This document shows positions 29,109 through 39,838 of a stretch of DNA of 64,000 nt, one piece after another. The notes under the pieces are model-generated. The model was given only the letters and a program-made list of their open reading frames with translations. It ran no database searches and was not told where the DNA came from. The number at the start of each line of letters is the position of its first letter. Position 1 is the stretch's first letter. The translations under genes were made by a program, and so were the position numbers. The DNA is taken from the IMG/VR virus record IMGVR_UViG_3300028549_001826. One strand, given 5' to 3'. Origin of the DNA: a virus.

Positions 29109-32030
29109 ATGAAAAAAATTAAATTTGGAAGTTTTCCATTAATAAAGATGACTAGAAAAGATAGGAATTGTGTTGATAGATATAGTATTAAAAATTATGC
29201 CGATCTAATAACTCTTAATTCTGCGGTTAAATCTAATTCAGCAACTGTCGACAAATACATTACACCTTATGCGGTATATAAATATTTTAAACAATCAACA
29301 GAAGAAGATGTTCATGATTTAAATGATAAATCAAAAAGTATGAAAAGAGCTTTTAGAAATTTAAAAGAGATTTCTATAGGTATAAATAATATACCATTTT
29401 ATTCAGATAAAGTAGCCTTTCCAATTTATTTAGAACAACAATCAGCTGGTGGAAATAATTTTGATTATGATTTTTTATTGCTAACTAATGATCTTGTTGA
29501 TAAGCAAATACTTGATGAGATTATATATGATGATATAGTAACATTATTATTCTTGGTTGTTAAAGATCAATTTTATCCATATATATCATTGCCTCAAATA
29601 GGCAATACTTCAAGTAATACAGCAGCACAAGTTAAAAAAGATTTCGCACAATTCTTAGAATATTGTAAAAAATATGATAGTAATCCTATAAATGTTTTTT
29701 TAACAATGATTAGAATGGCTGCTCATAATAAATTTAAAGCAAATAAAAATCCAGGTTATATACAAGGCATGATGAGTAGAGTATCATCATCAGCTGATTC
29801 AAAACTTAGCAATTTATTTGCTAATGGTGAAATTAAATCTGTAGACTTCTTTGTAAAAGCTTTGGAGCAATCAGATATAGCTAGATTTATGAATGCTGAT
29901 GATAAAAGAAATAATATTTCACATTTACCACCATCAGATGATAGTATGTTATCTTCATCTGATAGAGCAAAAAATTATGTAATGTCAAATGATGCTACAA
30001 AAAGTTCAGCTCTTCAAAGAGAATATCTTTTAAGTAAAACACATCATTATAATAAAATTTTATCAGTTGTTGATGCTTTATTATATTTTAACAAAGATAC
30101 AAAAATTATAGAAGAGATAAATGATGGTACACTTACTACTAAAATTATAGCAATTAATGATAGTAATGTTAGTATAGAGTTTGATGTTAATGTTGATAAA
30201 ATTATTGATAGAGTAAGATCAGATTATTTTGACGAATTCGTAAGATCTTTGGTATTGTTAGCAAATACTTCTTATACAGTTTATGAGAGCAAAGCTATAA
30301 CACAATTACCTAAACAAGTTCGAGATATGATATTAAGAATTAGACAAACTAATTCTCCATTGAATTCAGCTTTAAATGTTAATAATGGTGATGCAACTAT
30401 AAACAGTTATATGAATCAAATTGATGCGTTAACAGAGCAATTAACAACAGTTAGAGCGACTGGAGATGAAATACTTGCACAAGCTGTTCAAGATCAAATT
30501 AACAGTCTATATACTCTAATAAATAAAGCTCAACAGAATAAAATGTTAGATTCAATTGTTAATAAAAGAGAAACATCTCCTGATAAAACAAAAGCATCTT
30601 TTGCACAATTTAGATTTGAAGAAAATATCGGAGCTATACAAGGATCATTAATATTTTTATTAAATGAGCTTGAGTTAAAGATATATGATAAAGTTATGCT
30701 TCAAAAAATATTTACAGCGTTTGGTTCAAAAGGTAATGATTCTGATAGAGATGCAGTTCTCGCTGATTTTGAATCAACATTTGCTTCTATAACATCAGAA
30801 ATTATTGCTTCATTTGTATCTAGTTATGAACAAGAAATTATTAATTTATATTCTTATCAAGGATTACAAGTTAGTGTTGAAGAGATGAATCTTATATCAA
30901 ATTTAAAAGAATCTTCTGAGAAGGATGTTCAAAATATTATAAATGATAAATTAAAAAAATCAATGTATAAATTATTATTGAATGCTACTAGAGATTTTGG
31001 AACTGTTAATGCTAATGCTACATTTAAATATGCAGAACATAGAGTTGAAAAGAATCCTATTATTAAATCAACAATAAACAAATCAAATAATTTTAAAACA
31101 TTTGTTGTATCCAAAAAGATACTATTAGATTTATATGAAATATTATTACAAATTGATTCTCAAAAATATTTAGCAGGATTGTTAGCTTATCCTCCAAGTA
31201 AAGTTATGGGTGATTTAGCTAGAATGAAAATAATGATTACAAGACTTGGCTTAAGTCATAATCCTGTTTTTGTTTACGACGAACAAGATGGATCTGTATT
31301 ATTAAGTTCTCCCGATATTTTGAGCCTTACAGGAACACCTATTTATAATAAAATTACAGGTGCTCAAATGCAAGCAGTTTGTAAACTAGATCTTAATACA
31401 CAATTGTGGAGCGATCAAGGTATTATGAAAAAAGTTGATGAAACAACTAATAAATTAGCTCTACAAAAAACAGAGAAAGTTGTTAAAGATATTCGTAAGA
31501 AAATACATGATTTAGAAATAGTTAAAACTAAAACTAAATTACAAAATGATGCACTTGTAAGAGAAAGACAAAATCTAATTAAAGCTGAAGAAAATTTAAT
31601 CAAAATTCAAGCTAAGCAACAAAATGCTAGAGAAGATTTTAAATTAACAACAAGTATAAGAAGTGATTTCAATCCTGAATATTCTGGTTCATTCGAAGGA
31701 GGACATAATGAGAGAGGATACTCTCCTATATCTCAACCTAATAATTTTAACCAGTCTAATAATAATATGGGAAATAATCCTATGCTTAATAATGGTTATA
31801 TCAATGATATCAATGGTAATGTTGGTAATGCTGGGAATGTTAATTCCATTAACGGATCAATACAAACAGTTCCAAATAACAACCTTGCGATAGGAAATGG
31901 ATATCAAGGTAATAATCAAATAGGTTATAGACCAGGACAACCAGGACAACAAGTTTCACCAGACCAAGAATATAAAGATAGAATGAAACAGAATATCGTA
32001 AATATATTACATACAAATGGAAGATTATAA
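29109..32030 (+). CDS. Large putative virion/internal protein with coiled coils and N/G/Q-rich tail
   Basis: 973 aa; coiled-coil segments; low-complexity final ~120 aa. Confidence 0.7.
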   Translation: MKKIKFGSFPLIKMTRKDRNCVDRYSIKNYADLITLNSAVKSNSATVDKYITPYAVYKYFKQSTEEDVHDLNDKSKSMKRAFRNLKEISIGINNIPFYSDKVAFPIYLEQQSAGGNNFDYDFLLLTNDLVDKQILDEIIYDDIVTLLFLVVKDQFYPYISLPQIGNTSSNTAAQVKKDFAQFLEYCKKYDSNPINVFLTMIRMAAHNKFKANKNPGYIQGMMSRVSSSADSKLSNLFANGEIKSVDFFVKALEQSDIARFMNADDKRNNISHLPPSDDSMLSSSDRAKNYVMSNDATKSSALQREYLLSKTHHYNKILSVVDALLYFNKDTKIIEEINDGTLTTKIIAINDSNVSIEFDVNVDKIIDRVRSDYFDEFVRSLVLLANTSYTVYESKAITQLPKQVRDMILRIRQTNSPLNSALNVNNGDATINSYMNQIDALTEQLTTVRATGDEILAQAVQDQINSLYTLINKAQQNKMLDSIVNKRETSPDKTKASFAQFRFEENIGAIQGSLIFLLNELELKIYDKVMLQKIFTAFGSKGNDSDRDAVLADFESTFASITSEIIASFVSSYEQEIINLYSYQGLQVSVEEMNLISNLKESSEKDVQNIINDKLKKSMYKLLLNATRDFGTVNANATFKYAEHRVEKNPIIKSTINKSNNFKTFVVSKKILLDLYEILLQIDSQKYLAGLLAYPPSKVMGDLARMKIMITRLGLSHNPVFVYDEQDGSVLLSSPDILSLTGTPIYNKITGAQMQAVCKLDLNTQLWSDQGIMKKVDETTNKLALQKTEKVVKDIRKKIHDLEIVKTKTKLQNDALVRERQNLIKAEENLIKIQAKQQNAREDFKLTTSIRSDFNPEYSGSFEGGHNERGYSPISQPNNFNQSNNNMGNNPMLNNGYINDINGNVGNAGNVNSINGSIQTVPNNNLAIGNGYQGNNQIGYRPGQPGQQVSPDQEYKDRMKQNIVNILHTNGRL

Positions 32031-32067
32031 ATATCTCAATCAATAAAAATTAAAATAAAGGACATTA

Positions 32068-32859
32068 ATGTTAAATAATTTATCATTATCTATAAATAAA
32101 GCTTCAGGAAAAGCTCGTCAACAAATCGAAGAAGCAAATTCTTTAATTAAACCATTAGTTGGAGCAGATAGATATTCTTCTGCTCTATTTGAATCAAAAG
32201 TTATAGCTGATACAAAATATCTAAATACTCTAGGCTTGAATATATTAGAAGAATCAGATAGAGAGAAATTTCTTGGAACACTTCAATTAATTTATGAGGG
32301 TGTAGAAGAACTATTACAAGAAGTTGACACAAGACCTAGAATGTGTTCTGTATCGTTAAATAATGAACTAAATGAAAATACATCTCTTAATATTTATTCA
32401 AATTATTTGACTGAAAATATTAATAAAACATTTTCTAAACCGTTATTTGAAGGAACACTTTTAAATGATCATAAAGATGAATCAAAATTATTAATGGAGT
32501 CATTAGTTCTTATTCAAGAATCTGAAAATGTTGATGCTGAATTATTTTTAAAATATGCATTATTTGAAGAATCTTTAACTAATGGTTTAGTTGATATTAT
32601 ATTATCAAATGAAACTAAAAATAAAGTTTTAAAATATATCAGTATACAAGAATCAACATATTTTGATCTATTTGATAGAAATGTAAAAGTGATTATGAAT
32701 GAGTTGTATGAAAACACAACAATGCTTTCATCAATGCTTTCACCAAAATTATTTGAAGAATCTTTAAAAGCACCAAGTGGAACAATCGTTGACGAACCAT
32801 TAAATGTTAAAGAATTTGCGGGGATCAGTTCGGCTTTCAAAGCTACAAGAATACTTTAA
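32068..32859 (+). CDS. Putative prohead core/scaffold protein
   Basis: Many L/I-x-E-(S/N) sites (LFES, ILEES, LLMES, LFEES twice); TATAAATA at 32026-32033. Confidence 0.55.
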   Translation: MLNNLSLSINKASGKARQQIEEANSLIKPLVGADRYSSALFESKVIADTKYLNTLGLNILEESDREKFLGTLQLIYEGVEELLQEVDTRPRMCSVSLNNELNENTSLNIYSNYLTENINKTFSKPLFEGTLLNDHKDESKLLMESLVLIQESENVDAELFLKYALFEESLTNGLVDIILSNETKNKVLKYISIQESTYFDLFDRNVKVIMNELYENTTMLSSMLSPKLFEESLKAPSGTIVDEPLNVKEFAGISSAFKATRIL

Positions 32860-32893
32860 TTTTAATAATTAAAAGCATAGGATAGGAATTAAA

Positions 32894-34132
32894 ATGCAAG
32901 AACAAAAACAACCATTGCAATCAACTAATTTAACACCAGATGCTGCTCCTGAAGTAATTGAATTCGTTGTTAATAAATTCTTGAATGATCAAGTATTATA
33001 CAATCAATTAGTATCAATACTCAAACTATTAATATCATCTTTATATACTGATAGTTTGAGTCATGGATCATTTTGTGATTCCTTAAGAACACCTACAGGT
33101 CTTCCTAATAAATTGATTCAAATGTTTGGTGTAACTGATAGACAATTATCAGCTGATATGGAAAAGATTGGTTTTTATCGTGGGCATAAAATGTACGCTG
33201 ATTTATATTATCAAACTTTGATTATTGTTTATTTAATAGGACTAAAAAAGAATGATGATGTTCTTAGAATGTACGCTTTAGTATTAATGCATGTTAAATT
33301 ATTAAATGGTAGAAAATACAAATATATGCCAAATGGATGCCAAGAAGGAATAGCTGAGTATTTAGTAAATTCAGTATTACGAAAATCACATACATTTGTC
33401 AAACATCCTAGTCCATTTAATGCTATATCTCAATATCTAGCACCGAGCCTAGATAACACTTATAAAGATATGTTAAAACATGATCCTTATAATCCAAAAA
33501 GAGGATTGATAATTATTTTAGCTCAAGGTTGGGCAAGAGTTGATCAGATATTTTTAGGACTTGCACAACATTATTATGCTGCATGGAATGATAATGGTCA
33601 AAAAATGATGCCTAGTTCAAAAGATTTAAATAATGGTCAAGATGTTGAGAATTTATCTAATGGTAAAACCATAGCGATGACAAATAAGTCTATCAAGAAT
33701 TTAATGAATGATTACACAAAGTTAAATGAAGATGATATAAAGTATTTAAAATCACCACCTTATTCTGTATCAACTTTATTTATTGACAAAGTTCAAGAAT
33801 TTTTAATGGATACAAGACACGAAGATGATTTGAGAAATATAATAGAAGTGTTATTTGAGATAACAAATGTTACAGATGAACATCAATTATGTGTTATGAA
33901 TGTTGTTTTAACTGCTGATAAATTGTCAGGTGTTAAATCTAAAGAAAGTACAAAACATAATCTTAAAGAATATATTGATATATTACTTAAAGAAATGTTT
34001 GGAAATGTTATGTTAAATGCTGGAGCAAGCACACAATTAAAATTACGAAAAGTATTATTATTAATAATAATATTAAGATGTAAAAAATCATTATGTAATG
34101 CTAAAGCAGGTTTTGAAAGAGCGGGTTTTTAA
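32894..34132 (+). CDS. Hypothetical helical protein
   Basis: 412-aa ORF with AGGA SD. Confidence 0.7.
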   Translation: MQEQKQPLQSTNLTPDAAPEVIEFVVNKFLNDQVLYNQLVSILKLLISSLYTDSLSHGSFCDSLRTPTGLPNKLIQMFGVTDRQLSADMEKIGFYRGHKMYADLYYQTLIIVYLIGLKKNDDVLRMYALVLMHVKLLNGRKYKYMPNGCQEGIAEYLVNSVLRKSHTFVKHPSPFNAISQYLAPSLDNTYKDMLKHDPYNPKRGLIIILAQGWARVDQIFLGLAQHYYAAWNDNGQKMMPSSKDLNNGQDVENLSNGKTIAMTNKSIKNLMNDYTKLNEDDIKYLKSPPYSVSTLFIDKVQEFLMDTRHEDDLRNIIEVLFEITNVTDEHQLCVMNVVLTADKLSGVKSKESTKHNLKEYIDILLKEMFGNVMLNAGASTQLKLRKVLLLIIILRCKKSLCNAKAGFERAGF

Positions 34133-34157
34133 TAACTTCGGTTATTAGCCTTTTCTT
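34130..34157 (+). terminator. Intrinsic terminator with cUUCGg tetraloop
   Basis: TAATAAC-TTCG-GTTATTA followed by a T-rich tract. Confidence 0.7.
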
Positions 34158-34243
34158 TTATTATGTTTTAAAATAATAAATAAAATATAATAAAAGAAAA
34201 ATATTTATTAATAAATAATAATATTTAATATCAAAGGAATAAT

Positions 34244-35128
34244 ATGTTTAGAACATTTGATGAAAACGGTTCAATGAAAAAATCACTGGTGCCTAAATTG
34301 ATGACTGTACCTGCTGCATCAGGTAGATCACAAATTACTCCAGTTATTCAAAAGTTTTTATATGACAATGGTATAGGATTTCTTGACGGAAAATATTCTC
34401 CACATGTTAATGGTTATTATCATGTGTCTATGCAGGTTGGAGCTTGGATTAATAAAGAAGGTCATGGATTCAGTATTGTTGAGAATGATGGAAAAATAAC
34501 TATAAAAACATCTGGTGGAGAAGGAACAAATACTTGGCTAAATTATTCTGAAAATCATTTAGCTGCTATGGAAGATTTTCAACAAAATAATGGTCTATAC
34601 TCGACTGATATAGACTTACCAAATATAACTGTTGATTATGAATCTATATCTGGAAAAGTTCGATCATTAAATTATGCAACCAGAATTAATTATGCAGGTG
34701 ATTTTAGTATATCATATATTGATAATTATAATGGTAATATTATGAAATTTCATGACGCTTGGTTTAAATATATAGATGCTTATAAAAAAGGTTTAATTTA
34801 TTATAAAGATAAAACAACCAATCCTCATTTTATTTCTATTCCCTATTTTAATGCTGTGTGGATAGCAATATTTTATCCGTTCACAACTGATATTCAATGT
34901 TTAATAAAAATTATGGGTGTAGCTCCAATAAATTTACCTTTCAAACAAATGTTAGGTGATAGATCTAAATCAACTATGACTACTTTAAATTTTAATTATA
35001 AAAGTACAGATCTATTTTGGAAATTCTATGATCTTAAACCGAATAAAGATATTGATCCAGAAGATAGAGGTGCTTTTTATAAAGAATACATGACTCATAT
35101 GAATCATGTTATAACTGGTTACAAATAA
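34244..35128 (+). CDS. Tail tube initiator (gp48/gp54-like, tube fold)
   Basis: IDLPNITVDYE..Y..DFSISYIDNY..IMKFHDAW..GVAPINL..TLNFNY. Confidence 0.7.
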   Translation: MFRTFDENGSMKKSLVPKLMTVPAASGRSQITPVIQKFLYDNGIGFLDGKYSPHVNGYYHVSMQVGAWINKEGHGFSIVENDGKITIKTSGGEGTNTWLNYSENHLAAMEDFQQNNGLYSTDIDLPNITVDYESISGKVRSLNYATRINYAGDFSISYIDNYNGNIMKFHDAWFKYIDAYKKGLIYYKDKTTNPHFISIPYFNAVWIAIFYPFTTDIQCLIKIMGVAPINLPFKQMLGDRSKSTMTTLNFNYKSTDLFWKFYDLKPNKDIDPEDRGAFYKEYMTHMNHVITGYK

Positions 35129-35145
35129 ATATTTAAAGGATTAAT

Positions 35146-35643
35146 ATGGCTGCGCAACAAAAAATATTTGAGGGTGTGAGTGCTGTTCAAATTAGTAACA
35201 ACAATGCACCTTATGAACCTAAAGCTGATAAAACTTATTCATCAGGACTCGATAAAAATGATGTGGTTATTAATCAAACAAGTTCTAATCCAAAAGCAGA
35301 AACCGATGTCCAGAAGAAACAAGAAAAAGAGATAAAAAACAAAAAAACAGAAGAACATAAAGCAGCAACAAACGCTATTGAGACAAATCGAAAAGCACAA
35401 ACTGATAAAAAAGGTAATGTTACTATATCAGAAGTGAAAAAAACTGTAAATATTGTTAAAGGAAAAGATGGACAAATTACATCTACAGTAGTTGATGTCT
35501 CTAAAGAGAAACTTGCTATAAATGCAGCTTTTGAAAAAAAGGTTCCACTTAAACAACCGGTTGTTAAAACTAAAGCACCTAGAGTTAAACGAGAAGTCAA
35601 ACACTATGTCCTTGGAATATATACTGGTTCAACATGGGAATAA
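35146..35643 (+). CDS. Hypothetical Lys-rich protein
   Basis: 165 aa, AAGGA SD. Confidence 0.7.
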   Translation: MAAQQKIFEGVSAVQISNNNAPYEPKADKTYSSGLDKNDVVINQTSSNPKAETDVQKKQEKEIKNKKTEEHKAATNAIETNRKAQTDKKGNVTISEVKKTVNIVKGKDGQITSTVVDVSKEKLAINAAFEKKVPLKQPVVKTKAPRVKREVKHYVLGIYTGSTWE

Positions 35644-35676
35644 ATCAAACAAAACAAATAAAACAAAGGATAAAAA

Positions 35677-36144
35677 ATGACAAGTAAAAAATTAGAAGAT
35701 TTAAATCCAATAGCTAGAGCTAAATTTATAGCTTGGGATAAAGAATGTGAAGCAAATGGTATCGATGTATTAATATATTGTACATTAAGAGATAGTAAAG
35801 ATCAAAATGAACTTTACAAAATTGGTCGAACTGTTAAAGGTTTAGGAGCGACAAAAGCTAAACCTATGGGAAAAACTGTTACTAATGCTAAAGGCGGTGA
35901 AAGTTTACATCAATATGGTGTAGCTATAGATTGTGTACCATTATTTCATGGTAAAGCTTTATGGAATGGTGATTTACCAAGTACACCACAAGACGATAAA
36001 CTGTATGAGAAAATGTCAACTATAGCTAAAAAATATGGTATCGAATGGTCTGGTGCGTGGAAATCATTTCCAGAGAAAGCACATTTCCAATACACAGGTG
36101 GATTAACATTAAAAGATTTCCAAGCAGGAAAAACTTTAAAATAA
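35677..36144 (+). CDS. Endolysin, M15 L-Ala-D-Glu peptidase
   Basis: TLRD..DQ.ELY..GRT, VTNAKGGESLHQYGVAID (SxHxxGxAxD) and WSGAW..F.E..HFQ. Confidence 0.92.
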   Translation: MTSKKLEDLNPIARAKFIAWDKECEANGIDVLIYCTLRDSKDQNELYKIGRTVKGLGATKAKPMGKTVTNAKGGESLHQYGVAIDCVPLFHGKALWNGDLPSTPQDDKLYEKMSTIAKKYGIEWSGAWKSFPEKAHFQYTGGLTLKDFQAGKTLK

Positions 36145-36167
36145 AATAAAATGAAATAGGATTTAAG

Positions 36168-36713
36168 ATGGATGCATTGTTAAGAGCAAAAGATGAATTG
36201 TCAACAATTCAGGAACAATTAATAGAATACTTAACTGTTGGAGAAGAGAGTCAAGATTTAACGCATTTATTTGCACAACTGAGAGTTGAAAATCCTATAG
36301 CTTACGAATTATCATTGTTAATGTATCAAGATTTTAAAACAAAATCTAAAATAGATAGAAAAAAGATGGCTAAAGTTATAACAGCTATCATTAAACAAAA
36401 TCATACAACTTATGATAAATTAATTCAACACGAACAGAAATTAATTATAGAAAAGGAGAAAACAATGTTTGAAAAACTAACAAATCCTAAAGTATTAGGC
36501 ACTATCGTAGCTGCTTGGTTAGTTGTTGTTTTGACATTAACTGCTATTTACAAAGTTTCTCCGGATGCATTTCATACTATAGTTTATAGTATGAATTTAA
36601 CTGTGGGTAATATTTCTAAAACAAATCAAACACCAACACAAACATCACAAACATCACAACCATCAACACAACCAACACCATCAAATGAAAATAATATAAG
36701 TAAGAGTAATTAA
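36168..36713 (+). CDS. Single-TM membrane protein, holin candidate
   Basis: TM segment VLGTIVAAWLVVVLTLTAIY; directly after the endolysin; S/T/Q-rich tail. Confidence 0.45.
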   Translation: MDALLRAKDELSTIQEQLIEYLTVGEESQDLTHLFAQLRVENPIAYELSLLMYQDFKTKSKIDRKKMAKVITAIIKQNHTTYDKLIQHEQKLIIEKEKTMFEKLTNPKVLGTIVAAWLVVVLTLTAIYKVSPDAFHTIVYSMNLTVGNISKTNQTPTQTSQTSQPSTQPTPSNENNISKSN

Positions 36714-36714
36714 T

Positions 36715-37422
36715 ATGTTAAGTTTTATAAAAAATATTTTTAATAAAGAAATAAAAAGTGAACAGAAAGATGCATATGATTATAGTAAAGATTATATATC
36801 TCCTTTAAATTTTGGACATCTTGAAAAGATTGAAGTAATAGTACCAGAAGTTGAAATAATAAATAATGTTGGACCAGAACATCCAACTATTATAATTATA
36901 GATGATATTGGTGGTATGGTAGATTTATTATACATAGAACTTCAAAGAATTCAATGTACAAAAGTTACACAAAAATTTAATATAGTTTTAGCTAAAGGTG
37001 ATTACGCTGCATTTAGTGTAAAAGATTATATGGATAAGGGTGGAAAAGTTGATATAGCATTCTTAGATATAACTCTTGGTGGTGTTAAAGATAATGTAGA
37101 ATTAGATGGTGTTGATGTTGCTTTAATGATTAAAGATAAAAATCCCAATAGTGAAATAAGATTTATAACAGGTCATGTTTTAAATAAAAGAAATCCAGAA
37201 GTATTTGAATTTATGGATAAATTTAAAACACAAACAGGTTTAGATATAGAAGAAGAAGAAGTATATTATGATGAACAATTAGAAGAAGAAATTTTAATTA
37301 GAAAACATATTATAGGAAAAAATTCTAATAGAGTTATGTTAATGGCTTTAGCTATTGAACAATGGTTGAAGAGAAATAATTTATATGAAAAATTTGTAAA
37401 GAAAAATAGACATAGATATTAA
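36715..37422 (+). CDS. Stand-alone CheY-like response-regulator receiver protein
   Basis: IIIIDD, DIAFLD (phospho-acceptor), LDGVDVA, IRFITG (Thr) and HIIGK (Lys); no output domain. Confidence 0.8.
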   Translation: MLSFIKNIFNKEIKSEQKDAYDYSKDYISPLNFGHLEKIEVIVPEVEIINNVGPEHPTIIIIDDIGGMVDLLYIELQRIQCTKVTQKFNIVLAKGDYAAFSVKDYMDKGGKVDIAFLDITLGGVKDNVELDGVDVALMIKDKNPNSEIRFITGHVLNKRNPEVFEFMDKFKTQTGLDIEEEEVYYDEQLEEEILIRKHIIGKNSNRVMLMALAIEQWLKRNNLYEKFVKKNRHRY

Positions 37423-37474
37423 GAGTATTTTTATTTAAAATACTAGAACGATAAAAATAATAAGGAAATGATTT

Positions 37475-39829
37475 ATGACAGATATAAATACAACTATGTT
37501 AAATTATGAAACAATAGTTAGAGAAAATTTAAAAGTAAAGAATCCTGTTTTATTAAAAACAGGCGTTCTTGGAACTCTTATCAATATAATGAGTCATATT
37601 AAATATGATACTGCTTCATATTATCAAAAATTATTAAGAGAATTAAATCCAGCAACTGCTGAAGATTTTAATTCATTATTGTTTCATAGTACAACTTTAA
37701 ATTATAATATTGGTTTTGCAAAACCATCAACAGCTCAAATAAATATTGTTATATCAGAAGCAAATTTAAGAGTAACCGAAACATTAACATATAATATTGA
37801 TAAAGATACTTTATTGGTTGATACAGTTGGAAATAATTATACATTAGAAGAAGATATAAAAATCTATATAAATAATTCAACGATATCAGCGGAGAGAGTA
37901 AGTTCTAACGCGACAAATGGTTTAGATATAAATACTATAATTAATCCATATAAAGTTACAGAGAAGCTTTATCTCATTGAATATGCAGGATTGAAACAAT
38001 ATAAAAGAAATTTTAATATATTTTATGTACCTGATTACGAAGTTGGTGAAGATATAACTAATTCAATTTCAATTGATTCTTATACAAATATTTATGAAAT
38101 AAATGTTTATTTACAAGAATCAATGGATGTTGTATTGTATGAAGATTTATTAAGAACTAGAACTTCTGAAGAACTTCCTGATATATTTAGAATGAAAAAA
38201 TTAAATATAAAATATAATAAATTCAATGCTAGTCAATTTGATGAAGACATTTATTTAACTATTGAGAATAAACAATTAATTTTTAATTTAGGAAATGGTA
38301 TCAATGGTAAGAAATTTGATGCAGGTAATAGGCTTGTATTCGAAATTAAAACAACTAAAGGCGCAATGGGAAATGTTAATCAAATTAATATAATTGCACC
38401 AAATGTTTTAGTATCAAGTAATGATGATGGTGGTTACAAATCTGTATTTAGAACAAACGTTAAAATGTTAAGTTCAACCGGTAGTCAAAATGGTGAAAAC
38501 TTAGATGATATTTTTACAATCAGAAATAAAATGATTAAAAAATCAAACACTAGAGATACAATTGTAACATTAAATGATTTTCAAACAGAATTTACTGTAA
38601 ATAATAATAAACCTTTTGTTGATATTAAATATTTCAATTCTAAAAATAATGTATTTTTATATAATATATTACAAGACAGTAATAAAAAGATTATAAATAC
38701 AACAACTTTGTGTTTAAAAGAAAAAGATTTTAATGAACAATTATTCTTCCCTGAGTATACTTACCAAGGTATAAAATTAATATCTCCATTCTATTATAAA
38801 AAAATATTTAATAATTATACAGCTTATATGATTAAGCCATTAATCGAAGTTAATCTTATAAATGATATTCTTGTTGATAACAGTATTCTTGTTAAAAATA
38901 ATGTAACTCTCCAAATAGTTTATGATTATTTTGAGAGAAAAACTAAATTAAAATTAGTAAATTATAATAGTTTAAATACTTATAAATTTTCATCAAATCA
39001 ATTTGATGTCGAATTGAATAAGTATAATAATTTTGAAATAACTGTAAACCAAAGATTCTTAGATCAATACTGTTTATTCGAGGAACCACTAAAAGATATT
39101 CGCTTAAATATATTTGATCATAATTTGATCTTCCAACTAGAATATAAAAGTAATGATATTGTGTATCAACTTGTTGAGAAACAAAAACACTTTACATATA
39201 CCGAATTAAATAGATTAAATCCTAGTATCAATATAAAGTATATTTTAAATATTCCATACATTGATAGTTATTATTTTAAAACAACATCTGGTAGAAACAT
39301 TTATACACAATTAGATGCATTCTTTAATATAACTGATAAGCAACATAAAATTGCTTTTAATATGGAAGTAAATCAATCCTTTTTTAATACCATAGACCTA
39401 CCAGAATTGTATAAAAACTATATAGTTAAATCAAACAATAATGGTGAATTACTAAATTCAAAAAGTGCTGTTATATTAAATGTTGTAGTAGATAAATATG
39501 AATATGGTTTATCAAATATATCAAGTGTTGAAGAGTTGGAATTTAAAATCAAAGCTTTAACTTATGCTTTATTAAAATCAAAAGAAGGTTTTGGTGTTGA
39601 TTATTATGAAACATCACTTGAAAAATTAATCTACGATAATATTAATATTTTTAAAAATATCGAAGTTCTTTCACCTAAAGCATTTACTATTTTTGATAGT
39701 AAAACTATATATGCTAATATGGAAAAAGATTTACACAGCAAGTTAAGTATTTTAGACCTTGTGAGATATGTTCCAACATACTTCCATTACGATTATGATA
39801 ATATTAGAATAAGTATTGAATTTATATAG
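37475..39829 (+). CDS. Baseplate wedge protein (gp6/baseplate J-like)
   Basis: LGNGINGK, TTKGAMGNV, NGENLDDI..IR and TIVTLNDF gp6-type motifs. Confidence 0.75.
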   Translation: MTDINTTMLNYETIVRENLKVKNPVLLKTGVLGTLINIMSHIKYDTASYYQKLLRELNPATAEDFNSLLFHSTTLNYNIGFAKPSTAQINIVISEANLRVTETLTYNIDKDTLLVDTVGNNYTLEEDIKIYINNSTISAERVSSNATNGLDINTIINPYKVTEKLYLIEYAGLKQYKRNFNIFYVPDYEVGEDITNSISIDSYTNIYEINVYLQESMDVVLYEDLLRTRTSEELPDIFRMKKLNIKYNKFNASQFDEDIYLTIENKQLIFNLGNGINGKKFDAGNRLVFEIKTTKGAMGNVNQINIIAPNVLVSSNDDGGYKSVFRTNVKMLSSTGSQNGENLDDIFTIRNKMIKKSNTRDTIVTLNDFQTEFTVNNNKPFVDIKYFNSKNNVFLYNILQDSNKKIINTTTLCLKEKDFNEQLFFPEYTYQGIKLISPFYYKKIFNNYTAYMIKPLIEVNLINDILVDNSILVKNNVTLQIVYDYFERKTKLKLVNYNSLNTYKFSSNQFDVELNKYNNFEITVNQRFLDQYCLFEEPLKDIRLNIFDHNLIFQLEYKSNDIVYQLVEKQKHFTYTELNRLNPSINIKYILNIPYIDSYYFKTTSGRNIYTQLDAFFNITDKQHKIAFNMEVNQSFFNTIDLPELYKNYIVKSNNNGELLNSKSAVILNVVVDKYEYGLSNISSVEELEFKIKALTYALLKSKEGFGVDYYETSLEKLIYDNINIFKNIEVLSPKAFTIFDSKTIYANMEKDLHSKLSILDLVRYVPTYFHYDYDNIRISIEFI

Positions 39830-39838
39830 GAGTTTCTT

